Part shown: positions 1 through 9,239 of the stretch, in pieces
Numbering within the stretch: the stretch's first letter is position 1
Layout of the letters: every line of letters begins with the position of its first letter
Assembly: GCA_963700535.1 (NCBI GenBank)
Contig: CAVOXU010000002.1
Coordinates: forward strand, 18,063-82,062
DNA: 64,000 nucleotides
Reading direction: 5' to 3'
Source of the DNA: Chrysiogenales bacterium
GTDB lineage: Bacteria; Acidobacteriota; Aminicenantia; UBA2199
Position numbers and translations under genes: made by a program
Notes under the pieces: model-generated
Database searches by the model: none
The model's input: only the letters and a program-made list of their open reading frames with translations
Told to the model about the DNA's origin: nothing

Positions 1-70
1 TCCGATGTTTTACGGATGAGCTTGAAAAGAAGTGTCCGGATTTGGCCAGCGACTGTCCGCCAACGGACAT

Positions 71-167
71 AAAAACGCAGACCGGAGACCGCGGACAGCA
101 GACCGGAAAGATTCGGAAAGATATTCTTTCTTTTCATTCCGGTTTCCGGCCTGGGCCTGCGGTCTCC
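71..167 (-). terminator. Long imperfect hairpin with heptad-periodic GGAGACC-type arms followed by a T-run, directly 3' of the permease stop; candidate intrinsic terminator
   Basis: On the minus strand: GGAGACCGC...GCGGTCTCC arms (137-167 pairs with 77-110), then GTTTTT (plus-strand AAAAAC at 71-76). It starts 2 nt after the stop codon at 170-172. Confidence 0.3.
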
Positions 168-169
168 TT

Positions 170-2798
170 TCATTCGTATCTCAGGCTGTCGGCCGGGTTG
201 GCGCGGGCGGCGCGCACGGCCATGAAGCCTACGGTCAGCAGGGTGACGACCAATGTCAACCCCGCCGCTTGGACAAACAAGCCGGGTCCGATGCCGACCT
301 GATAGGCGAATTCCCGCAGCCATTGATGGATCAGGTAATACGCCAGCGGCCAGGCGATCAGGTGGGCCAGCGCCACCCATTTCGACGAAGTTCAGCGATA
401 TTCATCCAGGCGATGCCGGATGATGGTGGCGCCGAATACGCGGCGGATGCCGATCTCCCTGGCCTTTTGCTCGACCGTGTAGGCAGTGAGGCCGAACAGT
501 CCCAGGCAGGCGATAAAAAGCGCCAGCAAGGTGAAAGCCTGCAGCAGCTTCCCCAGCACCCGCTCGGATGTATATTGCCCCTGGTAGGCGTCCTCGTAGA
601 ACATGAACTCGAACGGGTGTCCCGGGACATGGCGTTTGAATGTCTTTTCGATCGCCCGCACTGGCCGCGGCCGCTTTTTTTCCGTCGATCTTGACGAAAA
701 CCAGATTATGCCATGGCCGGTAGATGCGGAAAATGAACGGGCGGATGGCCGTGTGCAGGGTGCGCGCGTGAAAATCCCTGACCACGCCGATGACGCGGAC
801 CTTGCGGAATTCTTCCGGCCAGGCGGGGTGGGCCAGGTACAGGCTCATGCCGATGGGATTTTTCACTCCCATTTGCCGCACGGCCGTTTCGTTGACAATG
901 CAGGACTCGTTTTCATCGGCGGGAAATTGCCGGGAAAAATCACGGCCGGCGACGATCTTCATGGCAAATGTTTTCAGATAATCGTAATCGGCCACCGTGT
1001 AGTCGGTGCCCAGCGTTTTGTCGCCCTGGTCGCCTCTCCAGCCGAACATGAACGATTCACCGATCATGGTCGGCGCCTTGGCTGCTGCCGTCACGCTCAC
1101 GATGGCCTCTTTGCCCAGAAGCTCGTTCTTGAACGAGGAGAAATGTTCGGCCAGCAGCGGGTTGTTCATGATGCCGACGATGTTGTCCCGCTCCAGGCCC
1201 AGGTCGATGGTATCGATATACATAAGCTGCTTGCCTACCGCCAGGGTGAAGGTGAGCAGGAGCACCGAGACGGCGAACTGGAACACGATCAGAACGGTCC
1301 GCAGCCGGGACCCCTTGCCGCCGGGAAATGACTGCGGCTTCAGCACCTGGATCGGCTTGAAGCGGGAGAGGAGCAGGGCGGGATAAATGCCGGCCAGCAA
1401 ACCGGTGGCCAGGGTCAGCAGGGCCAAAGGCAGGATCATTTCGAGATTGGCCGCGTCGAAAAGCGCCAGCGACTTGCCGGAGAAGCGGTTGAATCCAGGC
1501 AGCATGATCTGCACCCAAAGCAGGGCCAAGGCCATCGAGCCGGCAGCGGTCAGAAAGGTTTCGCCCAAAAATTGCCAGACGATCTGCAGACGGGAAGCGC
1601 CCACCACTTTGCGCAGGCCGATCTCCCTGGCCCGCCTGAATGAGCGGGCGGTGAGCAGGTTGATGAAATTGATGCAGGCCAGGAGCAGGATAAAAACCGC
1701 GATCAATGAGAAAAGGAGAACGCGGTTGCCGTTGTCGGGACGGCCCGATTGCTGCAGGTTCACCTGGGTCAGCTCCTGCAGGACCGGGGCATAGTTGACG
1801 TTTGCGGCGATGTGCCTTTTATAGATATCCCTGATCTTGCTGCCGAAAGCCGCGGCGGAAACGCCGGGCCGGAGCATGATGTAGCAGGGACCGGTCCATT
1901 CCTGCCAGCGGTCCAGGCGGTCTTCCCCCAGCAGCTCCACCCGGGCCAGCAGGTCGAACTGGATGTGCGAATTGGCGGGAATATCGCTGATCACGCCGCT
2001 CACCGTGAAGTCGGACTGGTACTGTTCAAAAAACAGGGTTTCCCCCAGGGCGCTTTCGCGGTTGAAATATTTCCGGGCCGTGGATTCGGTCAGTACAATG
2101 GAATTTTTTGTGCTGAGCGCGGATGCCGCGTTTCCTTCGATGAAAGGGAAGGAGAACATGCGGAAAAAACCGGGATCGGCGAGGCCGATCCTGTATTCCT
2201 GGAAATGGCGTTCACCCCGGGTGACCAGCGATGCCTGCCAGGACCATACCCGGGAAAATTCCTCGACTTCGGCATAGGAATTTTTCAGTTCCGGCGCCAG
2301 GGCGTAGGTCGGGGTTGTGAAAAGCCTGCCGTCCTTGGTCCGGTTCAGGACCCTGAAAATCCTTTCCTTGTTTTCATGAAAGCGGTCAAAGCTCAATTCG
2401 CTTTTCACCCAAAGTCCGATGAGTATGAAACAGGCCAGGCCGATCGATAAGCCGGTGATATTGATGAAGGCATAGACCTTTTCGCGGCGAATGGCGCGCG
2501 CGGCCACCTTGGCGTAGTTCCAGAGCAGCGCCGGCACGAAGCGCGGCGGCTGCCAGGGCGGCCGGCCCGAGCGGCGTACTGTGTGGGCCTTGTAGAATTC
2601 GCCGCCGATTTCTCCGGCTTCGCCCATGGCGTCGACCACTTGCCGGAACGCATCTTCGCCGGCGACGCCCTGTCCGGCCAGTTCTTCGACGCGGTCGCGC
2701 AGATGTGCCTCCAGTTCGGCGATATAGCCCTCTTCCATGGCCGGGTTGGCGGCCAGGTCCTGTTTCCATTTTTTTATGGCCTGTTCAAGATCAAACAT
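170..2798 (-). pseudogene. FtsX/MacB-type ABC transporter permease, ADOP-like paralog 1; reading frame disrupted near the C-terminus
   Basis: ORF fragments 402..2798, 392..661 and 170..376 align colinearly with the intact paralog 2889..5573. They share the N-terminus MFD.E.AIK.WKQ.LAA.PAMEEGYIAELE.HLRDRVEEL and the C-terminus ..AARANP.DSL.YE. There is a frame change in the T7 run at 675-681 and a garbled stretch with an in-frame TGA (392-394). Confidence 0.8.
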
Positions 2799-2813
2799 GA
2801 TTCACCTCATAAT

Positions 2814-2885
2814 GGAGACCGGAGACCGGAGACTGGAAGATTTAAAGATAGGAAATTCTTTTCCGGTCCCGCGGTCTGCGGTCTT
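2814..2885. repeat. Heptad-periodic inverted repeat (GGAGACC x3 / GGTCxxG x3) between the two permease paralogs
   Basis: GGAGACC GGAGACC GGAGACT GGAAGAT at 2814-2841 faces TTCCGGTCCCGCGGTCTGCGGTCTT at 2861-2885. It is homologous to the element at 77-167, including the shared GGAA(A)GAT...ATTCTTT core. Confidence 0.6.
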
Positions 2886-2888
2886 TTC

Positions 2889-5573
2889 TCATTCGTATTT
2901 CAGGCTGTCGACGGGATTGGCCCGGGCGGCGACCAGGGCTTTGACGCCCATGGTCAGCAGGGCGAATGTCAAGGCCAGGAAGACCGAAACAAAAAACGTC
3001 CAGGCGCTGATGCTGGCTTTATAGGCAAAATTGTCCAGCCACTTGCCGATGGCGATATAAGCCAATGGGCAGGCAATCAGATAGCCGAGCAAGACCAGCC
3101 GCAGAAATTCCGAGGTTAGCAGCTGCACAATGCCCAGGTTCGAAGCGCCCAGCACTTTGCGGATGCCGATCTCCTTGACCCTGGATTCGGCGGCCAGCGC
3201 CGTCAGACCGAACAGGCCCAGGCAGGCAATGCCGATGGCGATGATGGAGAATATTTTGAACAATGCAAAAATCCTGTTTTCCATTTCGTAGTTCTGATCG
3301 AAGACGTCGTTGACAAAGCGGTAGCGAAACAGGGTCTGGGGAGCGATCTCCTTGAATTTTTTCCGCAATTGCTCCAGGACTTCCCGGTAGTGATCGCCTG
3401 AGACCTTGACCAGCAGGAATTGCGTCATGGCGGGAGAATATTCCAGCACCAGCGGCTCGATCGGGCTTTGCAGGGAGGCGAAGTGAAAATCCTTGATGAC
3501 GCCCACGATCGGCGCCTCGCCGTCATGGATGTCGGAGCGGCACTTGATGCCCAGGGGCTGTTTCAGGTTGAGAACGGCCTGGGTCGATTCACTGATAATG
3601 TATGCTGTTTTTTGCAGCGCCCGGTTTTGGAAATTCTGCCCTTGAACCAGGGTCAGACCCGCGGTTTTAATAAAATCCTCATCGACCCGCAGGAAACGCA
3701 GCATGGGCAGGGTATTGCGGTCGCGAACCCAGACCGGCGTCAGGCGTTCGTTGCTGAACGGAGTTCCAAACAATTGCGACACCAAGGCCGCGTCGCTCAC
3801 CCCGCGCTGGCGCAGGATTTCGTTTTTCAGGGGTTGGCGCACGTCCGCGGCCAGGCGCCGGGTGGTTTCATCCAGGTTCACGGCGATGAGCCTGTCCTTG
3901 TCAAAGCCGAGGTCCCGGCTGCGGAAAAAAAGCAGCTGGCGATTGATGGTCAGGGTGCCCAGAATGATGAAGGTCGAGACGGCAAACTGAAAAACGACCA
4001 GGCCCTTGCGCAGCCTCGAGGCCGACGGCAACGGCAGCCGGCCCGACTTCAGGGTATGGCCAATGTGAAATCCGGAAATGATGAAAGCGGGATAGAGCCC
4101 CGAAAGAATGCCCAGAAGAAGAACGAGTGCCAGGCAGAAAGCGGCATTGTGCATTGTCATAACATCGCGGAAGTGGAGCATCTTTTCGCTGATTCGGTTG
4201 TAAAGGGGAAGGGACAGAAGCAGAAATCCCAGGGAGCAGACGAAGGCGACGAGCGTGGTCAGAATGGACTCGCCCAGATATTGCTTGACGAGCTGTCCCC
4301 GGCCGGCGCCGAGCACCTTGCGCATGCCGATCTCCTTCATGCGCCGGCAGGCCTGGGCCGTGGCCAGGTTGACGAAGTTCACTCCGGCGATCAGCAGCAG
4401 CAGCAAGGCTGTAGCGGAAAAAATGTAAATATAGACGATGTCACTGTTGGGCTTGATCTCACCTTCAAGTTTGGAATGAAGATGGATCGAGCGGATCGGC
4501 TGGAGTCGAATCGATTCCTTCTGGCCGGGTTTTTCCGCAAGGAACGTCTTCATGAATGCCGGAGCCTTGTCCTTGAACCAATCCGGGCTTTGCCCGGGCC
4601 TGAGCAGGACATAGGAATGCATCAACTTCCAGGTGCGGTGATTCATCACCTCGGGAAATTTCAACAAGATTGGCAGGGAGGTCATGGACATCATATAGTC
4701 GATCTGCAAATGGGTGTTTCGGGGCAGGTCGCGAAAGACTCCGCTTACTTGCATGATAACTTTCTCGGGCCCACTTTCATTGACCAATGTTTTGCCGATG
4801 GGATTTTGCCCAGGGAAGTACTTTTTTGCCAGGCTGGCATTCAGAACGATCTTCATCGGTGTGGAGAGAGCGGAGCGTGGATCTCCCTGCAGGAATTTCA
4901 AATCAAACATTGTAGGGAACGAGGCATCGGCCATAACACCGTTCGTCTCTTCAAAACGGCGGGGTGTGCTGCTGTCGGCGTTTGCCACTAGGATACTTTC
5001 TCCAAGACGGATGATGCGTGCCGTACCTTCGATTTCCGGAAATGACTCTGCGAGCTTCGGTCCCAAGGCCGGAGCCGATGTGGCCCAATTTCTGAAATTC
5101 GATCCGTATTGGGAATCGGTCTGCACGCGATAAATTCTTTCCGCTTTGGAGAAACACTTTTCAAAACCGAGTTCCTCCTGTACATGGAAAAGCATCAGGA
5201 TGACACAGGTCAAACTGACCGCCATACCCAGGATGTTGATCAGAGAATATGTTTTCTGGGTGCGCAGCCGGCGGGCGGCGGTCTTGAAGTAATTCCAGAA
5301 AAGACCCGGCATGAAGCGCGGCGGCTGCCAGGGCGGCCGGCCCGAGCGGCGCACGGTATGGGCCTTGTAGAACTCGCCGCCGATCTCGCCTGTCTCTCCC
5401 ATGGCGTGCACCACTTGCCGGAACGCTTCCTCGGCGCCAATGCCCTGCCCGGTCAATTCTTCGACCCGGTCACGCAGGTGCCCTTCCAGTTCGGCTATAT
5501 AGCCCTCTTCCATGGCCGGGTCGGCGGCCAGTTTCTGCTTCCATTCCTTAATAGCTTTTTCAATGTCAAACAT
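2889..5573 (-). CDS. FtsX/MacB-type ABC transporter permease, ADOP-like paralog 2 (intact, 894 aa)
   Basis: Uninterrupted 894-aa ORF. It has an N-terminal soluble helical segment, then two FtsX-type membrane modules with large extracytoplasmic loops. The C-terminal motif is ..KEIGIRKVLGAS..ARANPVDSLKYE. It starts 12 nt after the PadR stop. Confidence 0.9.
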   Translation of the reverse strand: MFDIEKAIKEWKQKLAADPAMEEGYIAELEGHLRDRVEELTGQGIGAEEAFRQVVHAMGETGEIGGEFYKAHTVRRSGRPPWQPPRFMPGLFWNYFKTAARRLRTQKTYSLINILGMAVSLTCVILMLFHVQEELGFEKCFSKAERIYRVQTDSQYGSNFRNWATSAPALGPKLAESFPEIEGTARIIRLGESILVANADSSTPRRFEETNGVMADASFPTMFDLKFLQGDPRSALSTPMKIVLNASLAKKYFPGQNPIGKTLVNESGPEKVIMQVSGVFRDLPRNTHLQIDYMMSMTSLPILLKFPEVMNHRTWKLMHSYVLLRPGQSPDWFKDKAPAFMKTFLAEKPGQKESIRLQPIRSIHLHSKLEGEIKPNSDIVYIYIFSATALLLLLIAGVNFVNLATAQACRRMKEIGMRKVLGAGRGQLVKQYLGESILTTLVAFVCSLGFLLLSLPLYNRISEKMLHFRDVMTMHNAAFCLALVLLLGILSGLYPAFIISGFHIGHTLKSGRLPLPSASRLRKGLVVFQFAVSTFIILGTLTINRQLLFFRSRDLGFDKDRLIAVNLDETTRRLAADVRQPLKNEILRQRGVSDAALVSQLFGTPFSNERLTPVWVRDRNTLPMLRFLRVDEDFIKTAGLTLVQGQNFQNRALQKTAYIISESTQAVLNLKQPLGIKCRSDIHDGEAPIVGVIKDFHFASLQSPIEPLVLEYSPAMTQFLLVKVSGDHYREVLEQLRKKFKEIAPQTLFRYRFVNDVFDQNYEMENRIFALFKIFSIIAIGIACLGLFGLTALAAESRVKEIGIRKVLGASNLGIVQLLTSEFLRLVLLGYLIACPLAYIAIGKWLDNFAYKASISAWTFFVSVFLALTFALLTMGVKALVAARANPVDSLKYE

Positions 5574-5585
5574 GTTCTGCTCCTC

Positions 5586-5924
5586 TTATTCCGCCGAGGT
5601 TGCCGGTTCCCAAAGCCGCTGCAGCGCCCGGTGCACGCTCAGCCAGTGCTCTTTTTCCGCCAACAGCTCTTTTTTACCGGCAGCGGTGAGCCGGTAATAC
5701 TTGCGCAGGCGGTTGACCTCGGAGATCTTCCACTGTGATACGACCAGCTTGTCTTTCTCAAGGCGATGCAGCACAGGGTAAAGGAGGGCTTCCGACCAGT
5801 CCAGGGTGCCCTGGGAAACCTGCTTGACACGTTTGAGAATTTGATAGCCGTAATTTTCCCCGGACATCAGCAGCGCCAGTATGACCGGCTTGGCCGCTGC
5901 CGCCACCAAGGCTTTCGATATCAT
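5586..5924 (-). CDS. PadR family transcriptional regulator
   Basis: Winged-helix PadR signature ..ILALLMSGENYGYQILKRVKQVSQGTLDWSEALLYPVLHRLEKDKLV...RKYYRLTAAGKKEL. Start chosen at the internal ATG (5924), which has GGAGG 7 nt upstream. The longer 151-aa ORF-track N-terminus is non-homologous. Confidence 0.85.
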   Translation of the reverse strand: MISKALVAAAAKPVILALLMSGENYGYQILKRVKQVSQGTLDWSEALLYPVLHRLEKDKLVVSQWKISEVNRLRKYYRLTAAGKKELLAEKEHWLSVHRALQRLWEPATSAE

Positions 5925-5943
5925 GCATACCTCCAAAACGATA

Positions 5944-5964
5944 ATACCTAACGCAATTAGGTAT
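5944..5964. promoter_or_regulatory. Perfect 8-bp inverted repeat ATACCTAA-N5-TTAGGTAT; candidate PadR operator
   Basis: The palindrome lies 20-40 nt upstream of the padR start codon, in the padR/6170 divergent intergenic region. Confidence 0.35.
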
Positions 5965-6169
5965 GCAAATTCAATGCCAAGCCCGACAAGCAGGCTGCCA
6001 CTGTGTTTTCTTTTTTGCAGGCATCCCGGATCTGTTCGCAATCGGACATTCTGTGTTCGCTCACGGACGATTTTTTTATCTTCAGCAATTTACAATCCGC
6101 GACAAACCATCTACAATAGGTTGGTTGCCTCTGTTATTGAACGAGATCATCAAGAGTGGAAAATAAGGA

Positions 6170-6595
6170 ATGCTGCTTAAATTATTGACCATTTTTGCCC
6201 TGGGAGTCGCCGAACTCTGGGCGGCGGCACCGACCGGAGCCGTCATGGGCCTGGACCCGCTGCTGGTCTGCCTTGTGGCCGCGGCCGGTGCGCTCAGCGG
6301 CGGCACGGTGGTGGTGCTGCTGGGGGAGCGGGTGAAAGCGTGGCTGGAGCGCCGACGCAAGCGCGAAAAACTGGAGGAGCGGCGCGGGCTGCTGTTCCGG
6401 GTCTGGCTGCGTTACGGCGTGGTCGGCTGGGGGCTGCTGGCGCCGCTGCTGGTCGGTTCGCCCCTGGGTGCGGCTTTGGGGCTGGTCCTGGGCGCCCCGC
6501 CCCGGCGCCTGCTGCCCTGGCTGGCGGCGGGCTCGGTCCTGTGGAGCATTGTTTTTTCGATTTTGACCGTCCTGGGGAGCCATTTTTCACGATAG
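6170..6595 (+). CDS. Small integral membrane protein (small multidrug-export-like family)
   Basis: 141 aa with 4 predicted TM segments separated by a basic loop (RRRKREKLEERR). The layout resembles the putative small multidrug export protein family. A purine-rich stretch (AAGGAA) lies immediately upstream of the ATG. Confidence 0.55.
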   Translation: MLLKLLTIFALGVAELWAAAPTGAVMGLDPLLVCLVAAAGALSGGTVVVLLGERVKAWLERRRKREKLEERRGLLFRVWLRYGVVGWGLLAPLLVGSPLGAALGLVLGAPPRRLLPWLAAGSVLWSIVFSILTVLGSHFSR

Positions 6596-6653
6596 TCAGG
6601 TTTGACATTTTCGGCCGGATGCAGTACTCTTTAGCGTCATCCTGCGCGGATTT

Positions 6654-7604
6654 GTGAGGTATTCCATGTTTTCGCTTAAAAATCATTTCAAGAGCATCGC
6701 GGTTTTGGAGATCATCTGTTTTTTCTTTTTGCTGGCTGTCGATTCGCGCCCCCTGGCCGCTCAAGCGGAATTGAAAAAGCCGCCTGTCATGGCAAGCTCC
6801 CAGGCTGCGGCCACCCATTTTGTCGAGCAGGCCGGCAACAGCGTCAAGGCGCGGCAAGGGAAGAGCCGTTTGCTGCCCAGCCTCCTCGGTCTGGTCGTGG
6901 CCGGCGCGGTCGTCGCCGTCCTGGTGCTGCAGGTTTTCAAGAAAACAGGATACAATCCGCATATCATTCCCCTGGATTTCGTCCAGGGGGTCGACCACCC
7001 GTTTTTCCCGCTGCTCAGCGGCCAGACCAGGCATTACCAGACCACTCAAGACGAATACTCTGCCGAGGTGACGGTCACGGCCACCGGCAATACCCGGCTT
7101 ATCATGGGTGTCCTCTGCCTGGGAGTTCAGGAACGGCTGGTTGCCGACCTGAGGCTTTTCGAAGACACCTGGCGCTGGTACGCCCAGGACCAGGACGGCA
7201 ATGTCTGGTATTTTGCCCGCGAGACCAAGAAATACGATTATGACGTCGTGACCGAGGATTGGTCCTGGCAGGCCGGGGTCAATGGCGCCAAGCCCGGCAT
7301 GGTCATGGTCGGCCAACCCGCGGACTATCTGAACAAGGAGTACCGTGAGGTATATGTCGCCGGGGTGGAAGAAACAAAGGCCCAGGTCCTGAGCCTGAAC
7401 GAAACGGTGACCGTCCCCTTCGGTACTTTCAGCGGCTGCCTCAAGATCAAGGTCTATTCCGACCTTGAGCCCGGCCGGGTCGAACACCGCTACTATGCTT
7501 CCGGCATCGGCCTGGTGCTCAGTGAAACCGTGCCGGAAAGCGGCAAACGCCTGGAGCTTGTCAGTATGGACAATGAATTGCCCACCACGCCGGCAAGCCG
7601 CTAA
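6654..7604 (+). CDS. Hypothetical exported or membrane-anchored protein
   Basis: 316-aa ORF with an N-terminal signal-like segment, a second hydrophobic anchor (LLPSLLGLVVAGAVVAVLVLQVF) and a beta-rich C-terminal domain. I recognise no family. Confidence 0.5.
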   Translation: MRYSMFSLKNHFKSIAVLEIICFFFLLAVDSRPLAAQAELKKPPVMASSQAAATHFVEQAGNSVKARQGKSRLLPSLLGLVVAGAVVAVLVLQVFKKTGYNPHIIPLDFVQGVDHPFFPLLSGQTRHYQTTQDEYSAEVTVTATGNTRLIMGVLCLGVQERLVADLRLFEDTWRWYAQDQDGNVWYFARETKKYDYDVVTEDWSWQAGVNGAKPGMVMVGQPADYLNKEYREVYVAGVEETKAQVLSLNETVTVPFGTFSGCLKIKVYSDLEPGRVEHRYYASGIGLVLSETVPESGKRLELVSMDNELPTTPASR

Positions 7605-7731
7605 TCACTGCTTTTGTCCGCGGCTCGCCTCATTCCCGAGAAAAAGACTGGAATTGCGCCTGCTGTTTTTACTTAAGTCTATGAAACGTCAATTGGCCAA
7701 GTGCATGCGGACCAATGATTTCTAGTCCTTG

Positions 7732-7772
7732 GTTGAAAAAAGGAAAAGTTGGGGCGACCGGTTGGCCGCCCC
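7732..7772 (-). terminator. Rho-independent terminator downstream of the beta-barrel gene
   Basis: Minus strand: GGGGCGGCCAACCGGTCGCCCC hairpin followed by AACTTTTCCTTTTTTC, about 70 nt after the stop at 7844. Confidence 0.55.
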
Positions 7773-7843
7773 ATGGCTCGAACTACTCTTCTCCCTTTCC
7801 CCGGTCCTGAATAAAGCTCCGGCTGCCTCTTGGCTAAGAATCT

Positions 7844-8455
7844 TCAGCGCAGAAAGTAATATGCCAGGCCCACGCTGCCATAACTGCGGGAGTCATCGTT
7901 CAAGGCGATGCCGACCTCGGCCAGGAAATCGAGGTCATCGCTGATGCGGTACTCGATCCCCGGTACGATATGCACCAGGGTGTAGTTGATATTCGTATTA
8001 TTGACCGAATCGAAGGCGAGCATGAGGCCGCCGTAGATCTCCAGGTTCTTTGCGGGTCTGGTGCTGGCCATAAGCGCGGCATCGATGCCCTTGCTGTCCC
8101 CGCCGCCCTTGTAGTCCGTAATGTGCCCGCCCACCGCCGCCGAGGCGTTGAACTTATCGCCCTTAAGCAACCAATACTCGATATCGGCCCCGAAATATTT
8201 GAGGCCCTTGAAGAACGCGGCCTTGGCTTCGATGTCGATGCTCTTTGTCAGTCCGTATCCGAAGCGACCGGCCACGCCCCACACTGAATCACCACCGTTC
8301 TTGCCGAAAAGAACGGTCGGGAAGATACCAAGCTTGAGGTTGCCCTGGTTGATGGTCTCGGCCGAGTTCATCAGCACTTGTTGAGCGGAGACCGGGAGGG
8401 CAGCAATGGCGAGGAATATCACCGCGGCCAGAATGATCATGATCTTTTTACGCAT
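7844..8455 (-). CDS. Outer-membrane beta-barrel protein (small porin/OmpW-like fold)
   Basis: Signal peptide MRKKIMIILAAVIFLAIAALPVSAQQ, alternating-hydrophobic beta strands, and a C-terminal aromatic end ..GLAYYFLR. Start set at 8455, which has AGGAGAGG upstream. Confidence 0.7.
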   Translation of the reverse strand: MRKKIMIILAAVIFLAIAALPVSAQQVLMNSAETINQGNLKLGIFPTVLFGKNGGDSVWGVAGRFGYGLTKSIDIEAKAAFFKGLKYFGADIEYWLLKGDKFNASAAVGGHITDYKGGGDSKGIDAALMASTRPAKNLEIYGGLMLAFDSVNNTNINYTLVHIVPGIEYRISDDLDFLAEVGIALNDDSRSYGSVGLAYYFLR

Positions 8456-8702
8456 ATAGCACCTCTCCTGATTTAAGGTTTCAATTGATCCACTATTCAA
8501 CAAGCATTTGTTGCGCCATGTGGCAGTATTTTTCCCGGAGTGTCCGGAAAAATCATTTTCACTTGGCAGATTTTCAGGAAAAGGTCCATGCGGATTTGAG
8601 TTTGTTTTTTAACTTGTCCCCAAAAACGAGACAATTCTTATTTAATGATATTTTTACTGTTTTTCAGATTCAATTTCAACCCGTTTCTCTTAGAGGCCAT
8701 GA

Positions 8703-9122
8703 TCAGGAATTGCCGGGAGGGCGGCCGGCGGCAACTGGAGTTGGCGGCGGGCCATGAGGAGTCCGGATCATTTTGGCAATAATCTGATTCAGCTCCGAGA
8801 AATCATCATTGACCTGGCTTAAGAACCGCGGCCTTAAAAGATGAGCAAGTTTGATGGTGCTCTCTTGGCGATCGGGGAGAACCAGGATAATGAAAATCTC
8901 TGTCAGCATGTCGCGATATGCCTGCAATTCCAACAGCTCTTCGCGGTCGACCGCTGCCAGGACCATGATGGAATTTGGTTCGATGATGCTGCGCAGTCGG
9001 TTGCGAAAATCTTCCAACTTGACGAAACGTTCGATCGTTCCTCCCGGGGCCACGGAGCGGATCGCCGCATCCAGTCTATTTTCATTTTCGTCATTTTTAC
9101 TGGCATAAAAAAGGAGTTGCAT
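8703..9122 (-). CDS. Hypothetical protein, divergent CheY-like receiver fold
   Basis: 140 aa from the ATG at 9122 (AAGGAGGG RBS). The beta-alpha periodicity has an Asp at the end of strand 3 (VLAAVD) and a ..LRPRF.. position equivalent to the KP motif. It lies immediately downstream of the sigma54 activator. Confidence 0.5.
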   Translation of the reverse strand: MQLLFYASKNDENENRLDAAIRSVAPGGTIERFVKLEDFRNRLRSIIEPNSIMVLAAVDREELLELQAYRDMLTEIFIILVLPDRQESTIKLAHLLRPRFLSQVNDDFSELNQIIAKMIRTPHGPPPTPVAAGRPPGNS

Positions 9123-9177
9123 GTTCGTATCCCTCCTTAAAAAAAGATCATTTTTCTTCGTTTTCAAGAAATTTCAA

Positions 9178-9192
9178 ACAAGAATGATGCCA
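9178..9192 (-). promoter_or_regulatory. Weak sigma54-type -24/-12 candidate (TGGCAT-N5-TTGT)
   Basis: Minus strand TGGCATCATTCTTGT, about 60 nt upstream of the ATG at 9122. The -12 element is GT rather than GC, so confidence is low. Confidence 0.25.
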
Positions 9193-9239
9193 ATTCAATA
9201 TACCGGGGACGCTTCCGGGGATGACCGGGATCGATCGGG

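Noticed and set aside
392-394. The in-frame TGA in permease paralog 1 as selenocysteine or programmed recoding.
   Set aside because: The flanking roughly 15 codons are garbled relative to the paralog and are restored by removing three inserted bases. There is no SECIS-like hairpin, and the position is not a catalytic residue.
32-694. A 220-aa plus-strand ORF at the window start.
   Set aside because: It is antisense to the well-supported C-terminal part of permease paralog 1 and spans the heptad hairpin element. Its translation is Arg/Gly/Gln-rich with no motifs.
2814-2834. GAGACC/GGTCTC (a type IIS BsaI recognition sequence) repeated in the GGAGACC arrays, as a hint of cloning or vector artefact.
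   Set aside because: The sites are part of degenerate 7-nt arrays that recur in diverged form at 77-167 and pair with complementary arrays. No vector-like sequence is nearby, so this is a native repeat.
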